From: Picochlorum sp. SENEW3 | Taxonomy: Eukaryota | DNA length: 64,000 nt | Assembly (NCBI GenBank): GCA_034226945.1 | Contig: CP120459.1 | Span: 930,001 to 994,000 of the forward strand | Reading direction: 5' to 3' | Shown: one piece after another, positions 1 to 13,036 of the stretch | Layout of the letters: every line of letters starts with the position of its first letter | How positions within the stretch are numbered: position 1 is the stretch's first letter | The notes under the pieces: generated by a model | Database searches by the model: none | Told to the model about the DNA's origin: nothing | Seen by the model: only the letters and a program-made list of their open reading frames with translations | Program-made: the position numbers and the translations under genes

Positions 1-3000
1 CAGTATTTTGAATAGCTTCAAATCATTTGATAGAATTTGCGCCACTCGAGGTCGGCTTTTAGAACACTGATTTACCATTGCCCCATGTGGCATGGCAGGT
101 GTGAAAACTGCCATCACAGGGGACTCTCCTGAAATGCACGAAGATACGCTTGCTGCATTATCTGATATCTCACGACCCTGCACGTTTTAGAAGAATAATC
201 ATTCAGTTACGCTAAAATGTAGAGATCGATTAAATCGAAATCGCACCCCTTGAAACAGCCTAAAGTTTTCCTGAGGTATAAAATAACCAACAAAGTGTGA
301 TGCTTTCCTGGACACCATTCCGCGAAAGTCTCCAACCAACGCGTTCCTTGGGCATGATATTATTTCAACAAGCTTTTGATTTGCTGAGACTCTTGGGCTG
401 AGGGGAAGTTGTTGGAAATTAGCACAGATGCAAACATCATCACCCTTGTAGGAAGAATCCAAAGGTCTGTCTTCCAGCTGATTGGGAGCAAAAGCTCGAA
501 TCAAGTCTTTGAAATACTTCATGAGCTGCTTTATTATTTTTAATCTATCGACACCACTGTATGTCTTCATGGAAACGGATTTCCATGGAATTGCCTCATC
601 AAGAGTTGCATCAAACATCATCTGATAGGACTCATGGAATAAATCCTTGCATTTTTTCACACTTTCCATGACTTGATGAACACTACTATCGTCTCCAACA
701 ACGCTGATCTTTTCGGATAATACTGAGCTAAGACTTTTGGATGCCTCTCTTGCGACTGCCTCATTCGAGCATGACACAACAATATCTGACAGGAATGAAA
801 TGACAACATCCCACAGTCCCATTGAGCTATTCTCTTTGCTCATTTCCAGCAGAAAAGTATATGAGGACTCTCCCGCGTATAACACAGTATTATAATCGAA
901 CGCTGACGCAAGAAAACCAGTAATACACCGCCATGCAGTGAAGGTCAAATGTTTGGCTTGAACCTTGTCGAGGGCAATTAAAAGGAACTCGTGAAGAGTC
1001 TCACATTGGACTCCCTTCTCCCCCTGCACGAAAGATACAAGAAGATTCCAAGCAAACTCATTCAGATTATGAGAGTACTTTTGAGCATTTGTCCAACCGA
1101 GGATCGTCCTCATGAGCTCGATGCTGACATAGTAGTCCGAGTCATTCAGAACGAGTTTCAGAACCTTGTTGAAAATAGTCAGTGCTTCCCTGTTCGCTTC
1201 AGAAATGGGCCTCTTTTCCACCAGAGAATGTTCTAAAATCCTATCATACAGCTTCACAAGACCTTTCGAGAAGGCTGCATTTGGGTTGAGCTCCTTATAA
1301 ACCTGAGACACAACTGCTCTGGAAATATGGCGACCTTGAAAAACATGGAGCATCACCTGCAGGGGCCTCTTCATATCTTCTATCGAGTCTACGGTGAGTT
1401 TAGACATACAGATACGAATTGCTTCCGCAATAACTTTCTCAACCCCATCCACCTCCTCATATGCTTCACACACATCTAGAAACAAACTTACACTTCCTAC
1501 ACTCTCTGGAACCGTGTCATCAAGAGCAAAGTTCAAACTGATACCCATCAGGCGATAGATCAAAATTCCATATGCATCATATTTCGAAGCAGTAGTCAAT
1601 AGATCGCCAACATATTTGACTGTTGAAGACGACAAATGTGTATCTGCAAGCTTCTGGCACAACAATGCATCTGCATTGTCTTTTGGCATACTACTTGCCA
1701 AACTGCCTAATAATTGAGCAACATTGCACTTTATTTCTTCAAATGTTCCTTCATCGTCCAAAATAGACCACAAATATTGCATGTGGTCTTCGCTCACAGC
1801 GCCATATATTGCCAAACGCCGAAGCAAATCCTGCATATCTTCAATATATTGAGAGTGGTGAAGATTTGCTTTCAGCATCGAGGACAAAATGTCTGTTGAT
1901 ACAATCCAGGATATATGCTCTGGTAAGCTATGGTGCCTATCATTCATCGAGGAAGACCTGTGAGATGGGATGGCCTGACTCACAATACCATCTAATGCCT
2001 TCACTGCCGAAAGCTGGTGCGAGACATTCTCAGAATCAAACAGACGCGTGATAGTCTCTTTCTGGTACAAACTGATCCGTGCTCTTAGTGAATTTCCTTC
2101 ATCTTCAAACATGTTTGCGATGTCATACAGCATTCGTAGCACAGAACACATGCGTAAACTTGGGTGACCCTCTTCAGCCACTTCAAATCCGTCAAACCCT
2201 TGGAGCCTAAACCCAACCTCAAAGCACTCGCAGACAAATTCCATATAAGCACACACAAGTATTCGTTTAGAATCAGAAATTAAGTTCATGCAAGCGTGCA
2301 GAACCCGCAGCAGAGAATCGACTGTATATATAGTCAGTTGTGGTGCTAGTTTTAGGGCCAAGAGCAAATTATCAATACCCCTTGCAGAGGCAAACGTATC
2401 CAGCACAACAGCCCGCAAATATCTACCTTCATCCTCGGACACATGCCTCAAATACTCTACTTGTACCCAATCAGTCAATCTATCAGTATGCTCGCAGCGC
2501 CCTACAATATAGCGCATATCACGGCCACCATGCTGCTCATTCCCACAGAGAAATGCATCCACATAACCTTTGTCCAAAGCCATGTGCATTACTGTGCTAC
2601 ATGCTTCAAATTCTTCATACGTATAACTAGAGATCCCAATCCTAAACAGATCATGCTCAAAAATTCTTGCCAGCAAAAATGCAGCATACAGTTTACTCCA
2701 AGCACACAAAATGACTGGCGCGTGGATCAGCACATCGCAATCGTTACTCATCATACGCTCTAGGATCTGTGGTAACACTTCTACCAAACACGAATGCACA
2801 ATATTCATCTCAAAGGCAGTCCTCTCCTCGACATTTGCATCTGCATATTCTTCTTCAGCAACCTGCTTCAAATATGCCTCCAGATTACCAATCAAACGCA
2901 GTGTGCGTAGACATGCATCCCTATCCAGATCATACATTGTACATTGATTTGATTCATTCATTCTCGCCGCAGACATTTGCAAGAGTGCCATGGCCAGTTT

Positions 3001-3156
3001 CTCCCTATCCTCATGACACTCTGAAACATTCACCCGAATTCCAAGCTCACCAGCAACCATGCCTCTTTGACCGCTGTTCTCATCCGTGGACACTGTCCTT
3101 CCGGATTCTGAGCTTGTTGATGGTATTGCCGCTGCCATATCAGCAGTATTATCCAT
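1..3156 (-). CDS. Large USP9X/USP24/USP34-like deubiquitinase, N-terminal helical part; continues beyond the left edge
   Basis: 985-aa ORF. 'WIVSTDILSSMLKANLHHSQYIEDMQDLLRRLA...YLW' resembles the USP9/24 N-terminal region. GT-AG intron 178..246 continues the gene leftwards. The catalytic domain is not in the window. Confidence 0.6.
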
Positions 3157-4591
3157 GCTTCTATGTCACTAATACAAGCCTAGGACAGTTACAACCCTAC
3201 TCCTTGTTCTGTACAGATAACGCCATACGTCACGATACTCCCTCCTGGTACAGCCATAGTATGTTTCTTTACAAAAAAATGAACATATATCGTACCATAC
3301 TCCCTCTATAGTGCACGAAGCTCTCTATGCCGCTGTTGACTGGAACAACCAGACAGATTTTGATGTATCACGAAAGAACCAAAGAGCGCCTCGGTGACAC
3401 TATGCACTCGTCTATGTAATTATTCTCGTATTTTACTGCATCCTATTCGAGAGAAGCCTCTATTAATCATGTAACGACCCCGAGACCAAGTTGCAATTTG
3501 AAAAGAGGACACTCGTATGTTTTAATGTTTTTATTAAGGCCGGGAATTCGAATTCGGATCCGCACACAGATATTGCTGCATTAACATGGCAACAGTATGC
3601 AAGAATTCGGCTTCCGATGTCATCATCACGGATGTATAGTCAGCAAAAGTCATGATGACAGCAACGTGTGCGTTGAAGAAAGCTGTCAGTTGCATGGAGA
3701 CGACAGGTGTCGGTGTGCCATGATCTCTTTTTGGCACGATGGAGCAGATTACAGAGTTGTTTATGGTTGAGAATATACCTTGAAAATTGGATGGACGTAT
3801 GAGCGGTTGAGTCACTCCTGTCTTTGAATTGGGTGAGCAAGCCATGAACGAAGTGAGTGAAATGAGCTTCTTGTCTACTTAAACCACGCATGCTTATATT
3901 TAGACGTCGAAAGGCTTTCCAGGTCTGCAGTCTTAGAAAAGATTGATAACATTTTGAGAGCAAGAGGAATTCCATTGGCATTAACAGGGGCCAGGGGAAG
4001 GAATACAATTTCTTTTTCTTGCATGACTAAGACAGACTATCGATCAAATGAATAAACATGGTAGTAGCACATACACGTTTTATCGAAAATAGGTAAAATC
4101 CCACGCAATAAAGCGCGGGAAAAGTAGACCGGTGAGCCCCCTGGATCTGCTCCAGCACAAGTTTCTGCAACAGACGCGGCTCGAAGCCGCGTTTAGCAGT
4201 AGAATCGTGGGTCGATCGATCAAACGTATCATTACGTTCAAGACTCAGCTAATGAGGTATGCGCTCTTGAGTGTTACGCAAAGGTGGCAAAGCTCCATCA
4301 GTTGAACACAATGAATGGATATCAGGTACCTGCAACAATGTTGCTTGCTGGCACGACAACGCAGATCGTAGAATTCTCTACACTATAGTCGAAAGTTCTT
4401 GCCTTGTAAGAATAAATGGATATATGAGCACGCAAAAGGAACCTCCAAAGTTTTTGTTGTTAGACATGAGACTGTGTGTTACAGGGACAAGACAGAGAAA
4501 CTGGTTGGCATAGCATCAATCCAACAGCTCCATGGAAATAGAGCATGGAATCTGGCTTAATGCATCAGAATATACCACTTAGAATACCTTT

Positions 4592-4764
4592 TTACTTCCC
4601 ATAGCATCCTATTCTGCACTTCTTGTAGCATTCACCCTTTGCTTTCCCAGAGCTCTTCCAGCGGCAGTTCTGCTTATGAGCGCACTTCTCAAAGCAATTC
4701 ATACCTTGAACTGATGATGTAGTGAAAGCAATAAGCGCGAGGAAGATGAGAATGAGTTAACCAT
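4592..4764 (-). pseudogene. Small secreted Cys-rich cationic peptide, 1 nt short after the start codon (pseudogene or sequencing error)
   Basis: Manual translation of 4756->4592 gives LILIFLALIAFTTSSVQG-MNCFEKCAHKQNCRWKSSGKAKGECYKKCRIGCYGK*. The ATG at 4764 (ATG GTT AA CTC) is 1 nt out of frame. Confidence 0.65.
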
Positions 4765-5344
4765 ACTTGGTTGTGTCCAAGTGTACTTTTATGGTTTGGG
4801 CTCTTGTGTGATCCGGTTGGATTCTGAATTTAGGTTTGAAGAAACATGTCTTTGGCTGAATTCAGACTTTTTCGAATAGTATCAAAAACGAAAGGATATA
4901 CCTTTGTGCTTAAATCAACGGTATCGAAGGTGGCGAATGAAAAGCGCATTCGCTGACGTGGACATCATGCATGATGGATGGATGGCATTAGATGGGAGGG
5001 GTGCTGCTGTGAATGCATGCAAACAAAGGCATGAGTAGATGCACGTCGAGAGCAATCCTTGATACCACCTCAGGATGGATGACGTGTCCTTTCATGAACC
5101 GTGTCACGCCTCCATCTCGTGCATATCCAGACACCTCCCAAGAGGCAAACGGACATCTCCCATCAAACGAGAGAGACAACAGGACCCCGTGTTCTTTTGA
5201 CTCCTGAGCACAACAGCAAGTGGACACGTCGATGCTTGGCAATCGAATCCCACAGATCTCCCTTATTTTCAGCGTATTTGATTCTATTTTATTCTTGATC
5301 ACTCTAGAATACAGAAATACTCACGAGGGATCCATAGAGCAACG

Positions 5345-6373
5345 ATGAGAGGACGTTCTGTGGCGTTCTTATTGTTTCTGGTAGCTTGTATAGCAACCCC
5401 GTGTGTTTGTTCTAGCCCAGTGATTTCATCTCCTGTATCAAATACAAATGAAACGCATGCTGAATCTGTAGACACATCAGTCTCTGCACCGGGTGGGATA
5501 TTTGGATTCGCTAAAGAATGGGTGACACGTGCCCGTTCGGCCGAGAATCTGGCCCTGATCCGGGAGGAAAATGATTGGAAAAATTCCTTGGTGATGTGGA
5601 TGTTTCCTGAAGTTGTGAGAGAGTCCCCTCTAGTGAAGAACAATCGACTGGTGGGGAGCTGGTTGAGGAACTGGTTGTTGGCGACTGGACTCTACTTTGT
5701 GGTCGGCCTGATATGGGCGTACTACTGCTATTTCTGCTTTGGAAGTAGTCTGTATCCTTCTAAAGATCACATTCCAACCATGAAGGCAATGGTGGAGCAG
5801 ATGCAGGTGGCCTTTATGGCAATGCCACTCTATGCCATGCTTCCAGCATTGACAGAGTATGTTGTGGAGCAGGGATGGACATTGAGCTATGCTCGCATAG
5901 AGGATGTAGGACTGTTGCAGTATGGCTTGTATTTTGCCATGTATATGACCAGCGTCGAGTTTTTCGTCTACTGGCAGCATAGACTGCTGCATGATATCAA
6001 GCCAGGATATCGGTACTTGCACCACATCCATCACATTTACAACAAAGAGCATACCCTGTCTCCATTTGCTGGATTAGCATTCCATCCATTAGATGGTATT
6101 ATGCAAGCTATTCCGTACAGTTGGACGCTTTTGTTTGTTCCCATGCATTTCCTAACGCATGAATTGCTCTTGTTTGCGACAGCAGTGTGGACGACCAATA
6201 TTCACGACTGCATCCACGTGAGAATGGATCCAATCATGGGTGCTGGATATCATACTATTCATCACACGACGTACAAACATAATTATGGACATTACTTCTG
6301 GTACATGGATGGGTTGATGGGAACTCTGATATTCCCAGAAGACTACCAGGAGAGGAAGCAGAAGAAGCAGTAG
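5345..6373 (+). CDS. ERG3: Delta7-sterol C5-desaturase (ERG3/STE1/DWF7 family)
   Basis: His boxes HRLLH, HHIHH and HTIHH, plus SPFAGLAFHPLDG and NYGHY motifs. Confidence 0.93.
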   Translation: MRGRSVAFLLFLVACIATPCVCSSPVISSPVSNTNETHAESVDTSVSAPGGIFGFAKEWVTRARSAENLALIREENDWKNSLVMWMFPEVVRESPLVKNNRLVGSWLRNWLLATGLYFVVGLIWAYYCYFCFGSSLYPSKDHIPTMKAMVEQMQVAFMAMPLYAMLPALTEYVVEQGWTLSYARIEDVGLLQYGLYFAMYMTSVEFFVYWQHRLLHDIKPGYRYLHHIHHIYNKEHTLSPFAGLAFHPLDGIMQAIPYSWTLLFVPMHFLTHELLLFATAVWTTNIHDCIHVRMDPIMGAGYHTIHHTTYKHNYGHYFWYMDGLMGTLIFPEDYQERKQKKQ

Positions 6374-6494
6374 GCATGCTGTTGTTTTTGTTGAATGACG
6401 ATTCTTTTCTTTATTTCATCGGCTAGTTTAAAACGAATTCTTCTAGACGTGTTTATTCAAATTAAAGGATACCATCTTCATGACAGCAGGGTGT

Positions 6495-7553
6495 TCATTC
6501 GTGGGCGCTAAAGAATCTGTCAATAGTCTCTTGATGTGCCCTGACCTTTTCAGCCAACTCTGCCTTGATGTCCTCATCATTCCACAACCCTGGACAATCG
6601 ATGAGACGAGAGGTATTCGTCCCACCATAACATTCCATCAAGTTCTCAGGCGCAATATGTTCGAGCAACACGGATTTATAATCCGTTGGCAAAACCTCAA
6701 TCTTTTCTTGCGTTCGAGCATCCAGCAAGTGCTTCACAAGAGACCAAATGATCCTGAATGACGTCGGTGCATTGATAATCAATGCTTTATGCATGAGCTC
6801 AGGATAATGATCCTGATCTATACTCATCACTTTACCCATGATGGTCCGCACTTCACCAGTCAGCGTGGCCACTCCCACACCATCCATATCAATGAGGACT
6901 GTCGACTGAAATGCACCTCTCCCACAGCGCAGTGCTGCAGATGGTGCTATCGTTCTAACATAACGTTCCTGCTGCGTAATATGGTATTTGATTGACCTAT
7001 CCAATGTCGTAAATTTCCACAGTTCGTTACAATTTATATCGCCCGGCTTCTGCACGTACACTGGCCTCCCTTGTCGATCTGTGCAAAAGAACCCTTCTGG
7101 ATAATGCTTGTGAAATTGCTCCTTCTCCCCAAACTCAAAATCATCCAGAATCGTATCCACATTATTCTCCCTCCTCCACTGTATTGTTTTCAATATCATC
7201 ATTTTTGCCTTGAGGATATCATGCTTCCGTGCGCGTAAAAACCTCCGCAATGTCTCCTTGTCCCACATCTCGTTCAACTCTGCCTCCATCTCCACCTCCT
7301 CCTTCAACTGCTCAATCAACTCGTCTTCTTCAGCAATAGTCAAACCCCATTCCAGGTAGCACGCCGCATCGTCTTTACTCATCGATGCTGCCTTCTCCTC
7401 CCGTTCCATCGCTCGAGTCTGCAAACACTATTGCGCATCATGACAAACACCTGTTGACGAGGCTAGGAGCAACGAGGACACACGTACGCTATCAGAACTC
7501 AAGCCAAGGCTTTTCATGCCTTTAGTCACGCCTGAACTGAGACTAGAAAACAT
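6495..7553 (-). CDS. SEC14/CRAL-TRIO lipid-binding protein
   Basis: TLRRFLRARK, DRQGRPVY, QDHYPE...IINAP and YGG motifs. Exon 1 7553..7488, intron 7419..7487. Confidence 0.9.
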
Positions 7554-7896
7554 AATATCTGTCAGAATATGAAACCCCGCTACAATATAAAAACTGTTTC
7601 CATGAAGTTGGACCGACGTGTAAAATTTCTGAAAGATTGGAAATGTAGTACAGCTATGGGAAATCCTGACTCTTACAACGATGTATTTGCAACTATAAAC
7701 AGTTATCAATAATATTAGTATGGTGAATGGTGAGGATGGGTCTGGGTGTCTTCTGTTGATGAAACCATGTGTCGGCGACGATGCCATGCAGCCTGGCCAT
7801 CTCATGATCCATGGATCAAGAAGAAGAAGAACAAGGATGATTGCAGTTGTCGACAACATGGCATGGTATGTCATGATGATTACAGAAGACAGTTGT

Positions 7897-8726
7897 CTAT
7901 CCATGTCGTTGCCCACGACCCCTGCGCCTCTGCACCATTTGGAACCCATCTTCATCAACCACTGGTGCCGCATCAGCCTCTTCCATATCAACATCCTGCA
8001 TATTTAATCGCACACCATCATGATTGTTAGTTTGAACGAGTATCCTAGTAGATTATGACATACACATTCTTTTATATTTTGAGACGAGCGTTCATTCATA
8101 ATCATGATAATTTTCAGAAAAATACCCACCTCGGCCGATCCTTCTTCACCTTGCTCCTCCTCATCATCATCGCTACTACTGCTGTCACCCATGAAATCTC
8201 CACCGTGCGATGCACCGGGATCCCGTACGCTTTTATCTAACGCAGCTCTATCTTGATGCTGCTGTCGAAGAGTATCTACGTATGACGAATCCCCATTGGC
8301 AACCTGATTGTACATGTTGACCAGGGACCGAGCAACCATGTATGGACTGTCATCTTCTGCTTGCACGTGAAAATCAACCTGTATCACCTCATCCAGCAAT
8401 TCTTCTAAATCAGACATCTCATGATCTGTACAAGACACCCTTGATCGTTGATACAATATGATCGGTGCATACAAACTCAGACGCCAGAACATACCTTTTG
8501 TAGTGTAGAACCAGTCCAGGACGTCTTCATAGAGGGCTTTTGCCTTTTCTTTACTATCGCTCCCTCCCCATTCATTATGGATAGCTAATTGCAATGCAGT
8601 CCATCTCATGAAGACCAGATAGCATCCTTCCTCGAATATCTTCTTATATTCCTCGGGCATGTCAATTCGAGCAGATGTGCTGCCAACGAGGTTCATATTT
8701 CTCAATATCATTCCCTGAGATGCCAT
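7897..8726 (-). CDS. TSR2: Pre-rRNA-processing protein TSR2
   Basis: WTALQLAIHNEWGG and EDDSP motifs. Introns 8426..8494 and 7996..8129. The last exon encodes DVDMEEADAAPVVDEDGFQMVQRRRGRGQRHG*. Confidence 0.88.
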
Positions 8727-8791
8727 TTTTTAAATGAAAAAGTTTCAAAATAATGAATGAATGTATGCATGCAAGGCACGCAAGAGTAGAA

Positions 8792-9946
8792 TTACAGCAA
8801 GGGCATGTTGCCTTCTAAAAAGTCATTTTTGAAAGGTGTGGTCTTTGATAGGATGAAAAAGACTGGCACACCTGGAATGACATGGTCATCTCTGCTGATC
8901 TCTTGACCCAAGGTGTGGGCTGTGTTGACTCGTATCCATGTGGCTCCTTGAGGGCCGTACCTCTCTGGGCCTTGATCTGCGACAGAGGGCCAGCCACCAA
9001 AGAGAGCTTCAATCAAATCGTTGCGAGCGATTGGTTTGGCAGCGTGGCTCAGATAGTATATTTCTATTGAATCTCTCGTGTATGTGGCATCGGTATCCCA
9101 TGCCAGGGGCGGGGCGTCGGCCCCAAACATGACATCCAAGTGGTCTTTGAATGTGTCATGTTCACCAAAGTCCTCAATAGCGTCACTCTGCATGCCTCCT
9201 TCTGGATAGAAGAAGAGTACGGGCCATCGAACTTCGCCATCTTCTATTCGTGGTTTTCTACTTCCGATGCCAAACTGTGGCCTACCGATCTTCCATCCAC
9301 GGGATTCTAGGACGCTCGCCATTTCTGCTGCTGGCTTTTTCAACTCGTACTGGCGTGCAGCCTCTGCAGCAGCAGCTTTCCTTCGTTTCTCTTCCTCAGC
9401 TACCGATCCTTGCAAAATTTTTACTATTCCCTCATTTTCAGGATCAATCTCGAGTCCTTTTGCGCAAAACGACCTACATTCTTCCCACAGTGATATGGCT
9501 GCTGCTGCCTTGGCAGCTCTATAGTAGGCCTTGATATTCCTTTCATCATACAGGATGGCATCCTTGGCATCCAGCAACGCATTTCTGTAATTACCCAGGA
9601 GAAGATTCACATGAGCTCGATTGGAATAGACGACAGATTTCAGCGGTCTATCCTCAATGCCCTCAACCTGAAGGCCCTGGGTGTATTGGTCAATAGCTTG
9701 CCTCAGGTAAAACTTTTTCCGGTGCTGCATACCAGTCTGCAGGGCTCTATTACCTTGCTCCTTGAACCCAAGAAGCCTTTCATCTGGACTTGTATCTTCA
9801 ATGATTGAATTAATGGCGGCAAGGTCTGGATTATCCTCGTCATTGGGCATTTCATCCCAGAAGAGTGCCGGAAGGCTGTCTTGGTCTCCTCCTTGCGGCT
9901 TTTGATTCCTATGTTGATCATGACCTATTTCTTCTACTGAGCTCAT
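8792..9946 (-). CDS. TTC4: TPR co-chaperone TTC4/Cns1
   Basis: TPR motifs KEQGN...YSNRAHVNLLLGNY...KAYYRAA, and C-terminal WPVLFFYPE...SDAIEDF. Confidence 0.88.
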   Translation of the reverse strand: MSSVEEIGHDQHRNQKPQGGDQDSLPALFWDEMPNDEDNPDLAAINSIIEDTSPDERLLGFKEQGNRALQTGMQHRKKFYLRQAIDQYTQGLQVEGIEDRPLKSVVYSNRAHVNLLLGNYRNALLDAKDAILYDERNIKAYYRAAKAAAAISLWEECRSFCAKGLEIDPENEGIVKILQGSVAEEEKRRKAAAAEAARQYELKKPAAEMASVLESRGWKIGRPQFGIGSRKPRIEDGEVRWPVLFFYPEGGMQSDAIEDFGEHDTFKDHLDVMFGADAPPLAWDTDATYTRDSIEIYYLSHAAKPIARNDLIEALFGGWPSVADQGPERYGPQGATWIRVNTAHTLGQEISRDDHVIPGVPVFFILSKTTPFKNDFLEGNMPLL

Positions 9947-10315
9947 TGTTGGGATAATAATACTATTTATTTAATGTCAGTAAAAGTATACAGATGTCGT
10001 GGTTTTTTGGGCAATTGTAATAAGTTTTCTTCTTAATTGCATGACATGCACAGACACATGTCACACTCTCTTGACTCCTTATTCGACCCACTCTCCGATC
10101 GATAAAGTCCTACATGCATATAGACTAATATTTAGTATGTGCTAGAGAAGAGGTGTATGCATGGGATCAGAAGGCCATGTTGGGTGTATGTATCGTATTA
10201 AGGAGAGTGCCTGTTGGGAGATCTGGTTCGCTAGAGGGAGACCTGTTTTGGACAATTGTCTTGAATCATACAGATTTTTTGTACGATTGGTATACATTGG
10301 TGTTGGCTGAAGGGA

Positions 10316-11507
10316 ATGTTCCGTCTGTCGCGATTGACACAAAGAGTTCCTTGCCTTGTTTTTGGTGGTGGTCACAGGAAGAAGAAGACAATTCACCAAC
10401 GAAGAGTAGCAACGAGCAGTCAGATGCATCAATGTCATGCAAAGATGGATTCCATGGTTCCATCGTTCATGACGTGGATTGAGAGGTGTAATTCTGGGCT
10501 GGCATGTCAGCATGATGCCACCCAGTACACTCCATTTTCTGTGGATGGGCATGTTGTTGGCTACGTGGATACCACGTGCGTTTTTGTTTTTTTTTCTTAT
10601 TCCATGGCTTCACTTAACGTTCTATGTATATATATGAGTGTATGTTTGTAACTGCGTGTAGATTTGTACGGGATCATCTGCTGCGTTTTCCAGATGTGTT
10701 TCACATGGTGGATACAAGCGTGCAACTGGTCGAAAGGGTGAGACTCATGAGTTTGCATGATCGGAGCAGCGCTGTGGCATTACCTCTGGCACAGTTGCAC
10801 AAAGAAGGGATTATAACAGGATGGAGGGATGAAATGTATCCAGTGTTGACGTCATTTCATGCAGAGCCTGTCCTGTTGATGGAGAGGAGTGCATCCGTGT
10901 ACTTTGGGATCAAGGCGTATGGTGTGCATGTGAATGGCTATGTCGAGAATGAGGATGGCCGTCTGGATATGTGGGTGGCTCGGAGAAGTAGCTCAAAGCC
11001 TACTTGGCCAGGAAAATTGGACCACATTGTGGCGGGTGGGCAACCATATGGGATTTCTCCAATGGATAATGTTATTAAAGAGTGCTATGAAGAAGCAGGA
11101 ATAGAACGAGAGTTGGCATCAAAAGCCGTGCCTGTTGGAGCTGTGTCTTATTGCTCTAAATATTCATACGGACTGAAGCGGGATGTTTTGTTTTGTTTGT
11201 ACGTTGTCGTGTTGTATGTATCTTCATGCTTGCAACTTGATACGTTACTACTTGTTTGTGCTGGTGCAGTGACTTGAAACTTCCACGTGATTTTCAGCCG
11301 CGGGTGAATGATGGGGAAGTCGAGGAATTTTATAAAGTCTCGGTCTATGATGTTCTTGAGATTGTCGCTCGGACTGAAGGAGATGTATACAAAGACAACT
11401 GCAATTTGGTCGTGCTGGATTTCATGATACGACATGGTCTGTTATCACCGAGTACACCTGCATATTTGGATATCTTAAGGGGACTGCGTGAAGCTGACCT
11501 TTCCTGA
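10316..11507 (+). CDS. Nudix hydrolase, plant NUDT20/24-like
   Basis: GWRDE, YGVHVNGY, RRSSSKPTWPGKLD, KECYEEAG and DGEVEEF motifs. Introns 10576..10661 and 11199..11269 join three ORFs in frame. Confidence 0.87.
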
Positions 11508-11555
11508 ATTAAACATATATTTAATACTTATATATTATTCATGATAATGCTATGT

Positions 11556-12596
<1,041 letters not shown>

Positions 12597-13036
12597 TCAA
12601 TGTGTATCGAATCTTCAGAGCCGCACTGCTCTCGCGGATGGGTGGATCAACAGTCCACCAAATCGGGTGCTCTCTATGGGTACATTTCCAATCGAATACA
12701 GTTTGTGATATATTTGTACCAATTCTAGCCATGTATCATCAAGGGAGGGCGACGTACCGAGACACTTGACGTGCTCCTGGCTTCTGAAGACTAACGTTCT
12801 GCATTTTGGATAGGATTTTGGCCAATGCTTCAATGAAATTGACTTTAAATACTATCAAACTTAATATTGTGTTAATTTATTGCTGGATATGAGCCTCATA
12901 TCCCTCGATGGCCATCGTTTCGAAGGTGGATAAGGAGGATAAGATTTGCGAGTCGCCCAATCTAGCAGGGATGGGGGCATGCATGGGGACATGTCGGCCA
13001 AGGGCTTTCTGGACGTGATGCATTGGTTATGATGTA

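Noticed and set aside
3542..3561. GAATTCGAATTCGGATCC resembles a cloning polylinker
   Set aside because: Too short and without other vector-like sequence; likely chance.
4031..4392. Group I intron-like words (CAGACTA/TAGTCG, GCGGGAAA, GTTCAAGACT)
   Set aside because: P-Q-R-S order and pairings are inconsistent, and there is no host exon context.
7428..8030. ORFs 7428..7994 (-), 7720..8007 (+) and 7746..8030 (+)
   Set aside because: Explained by the last TSR2 exon and first SEC14 exon; no homology recognised.
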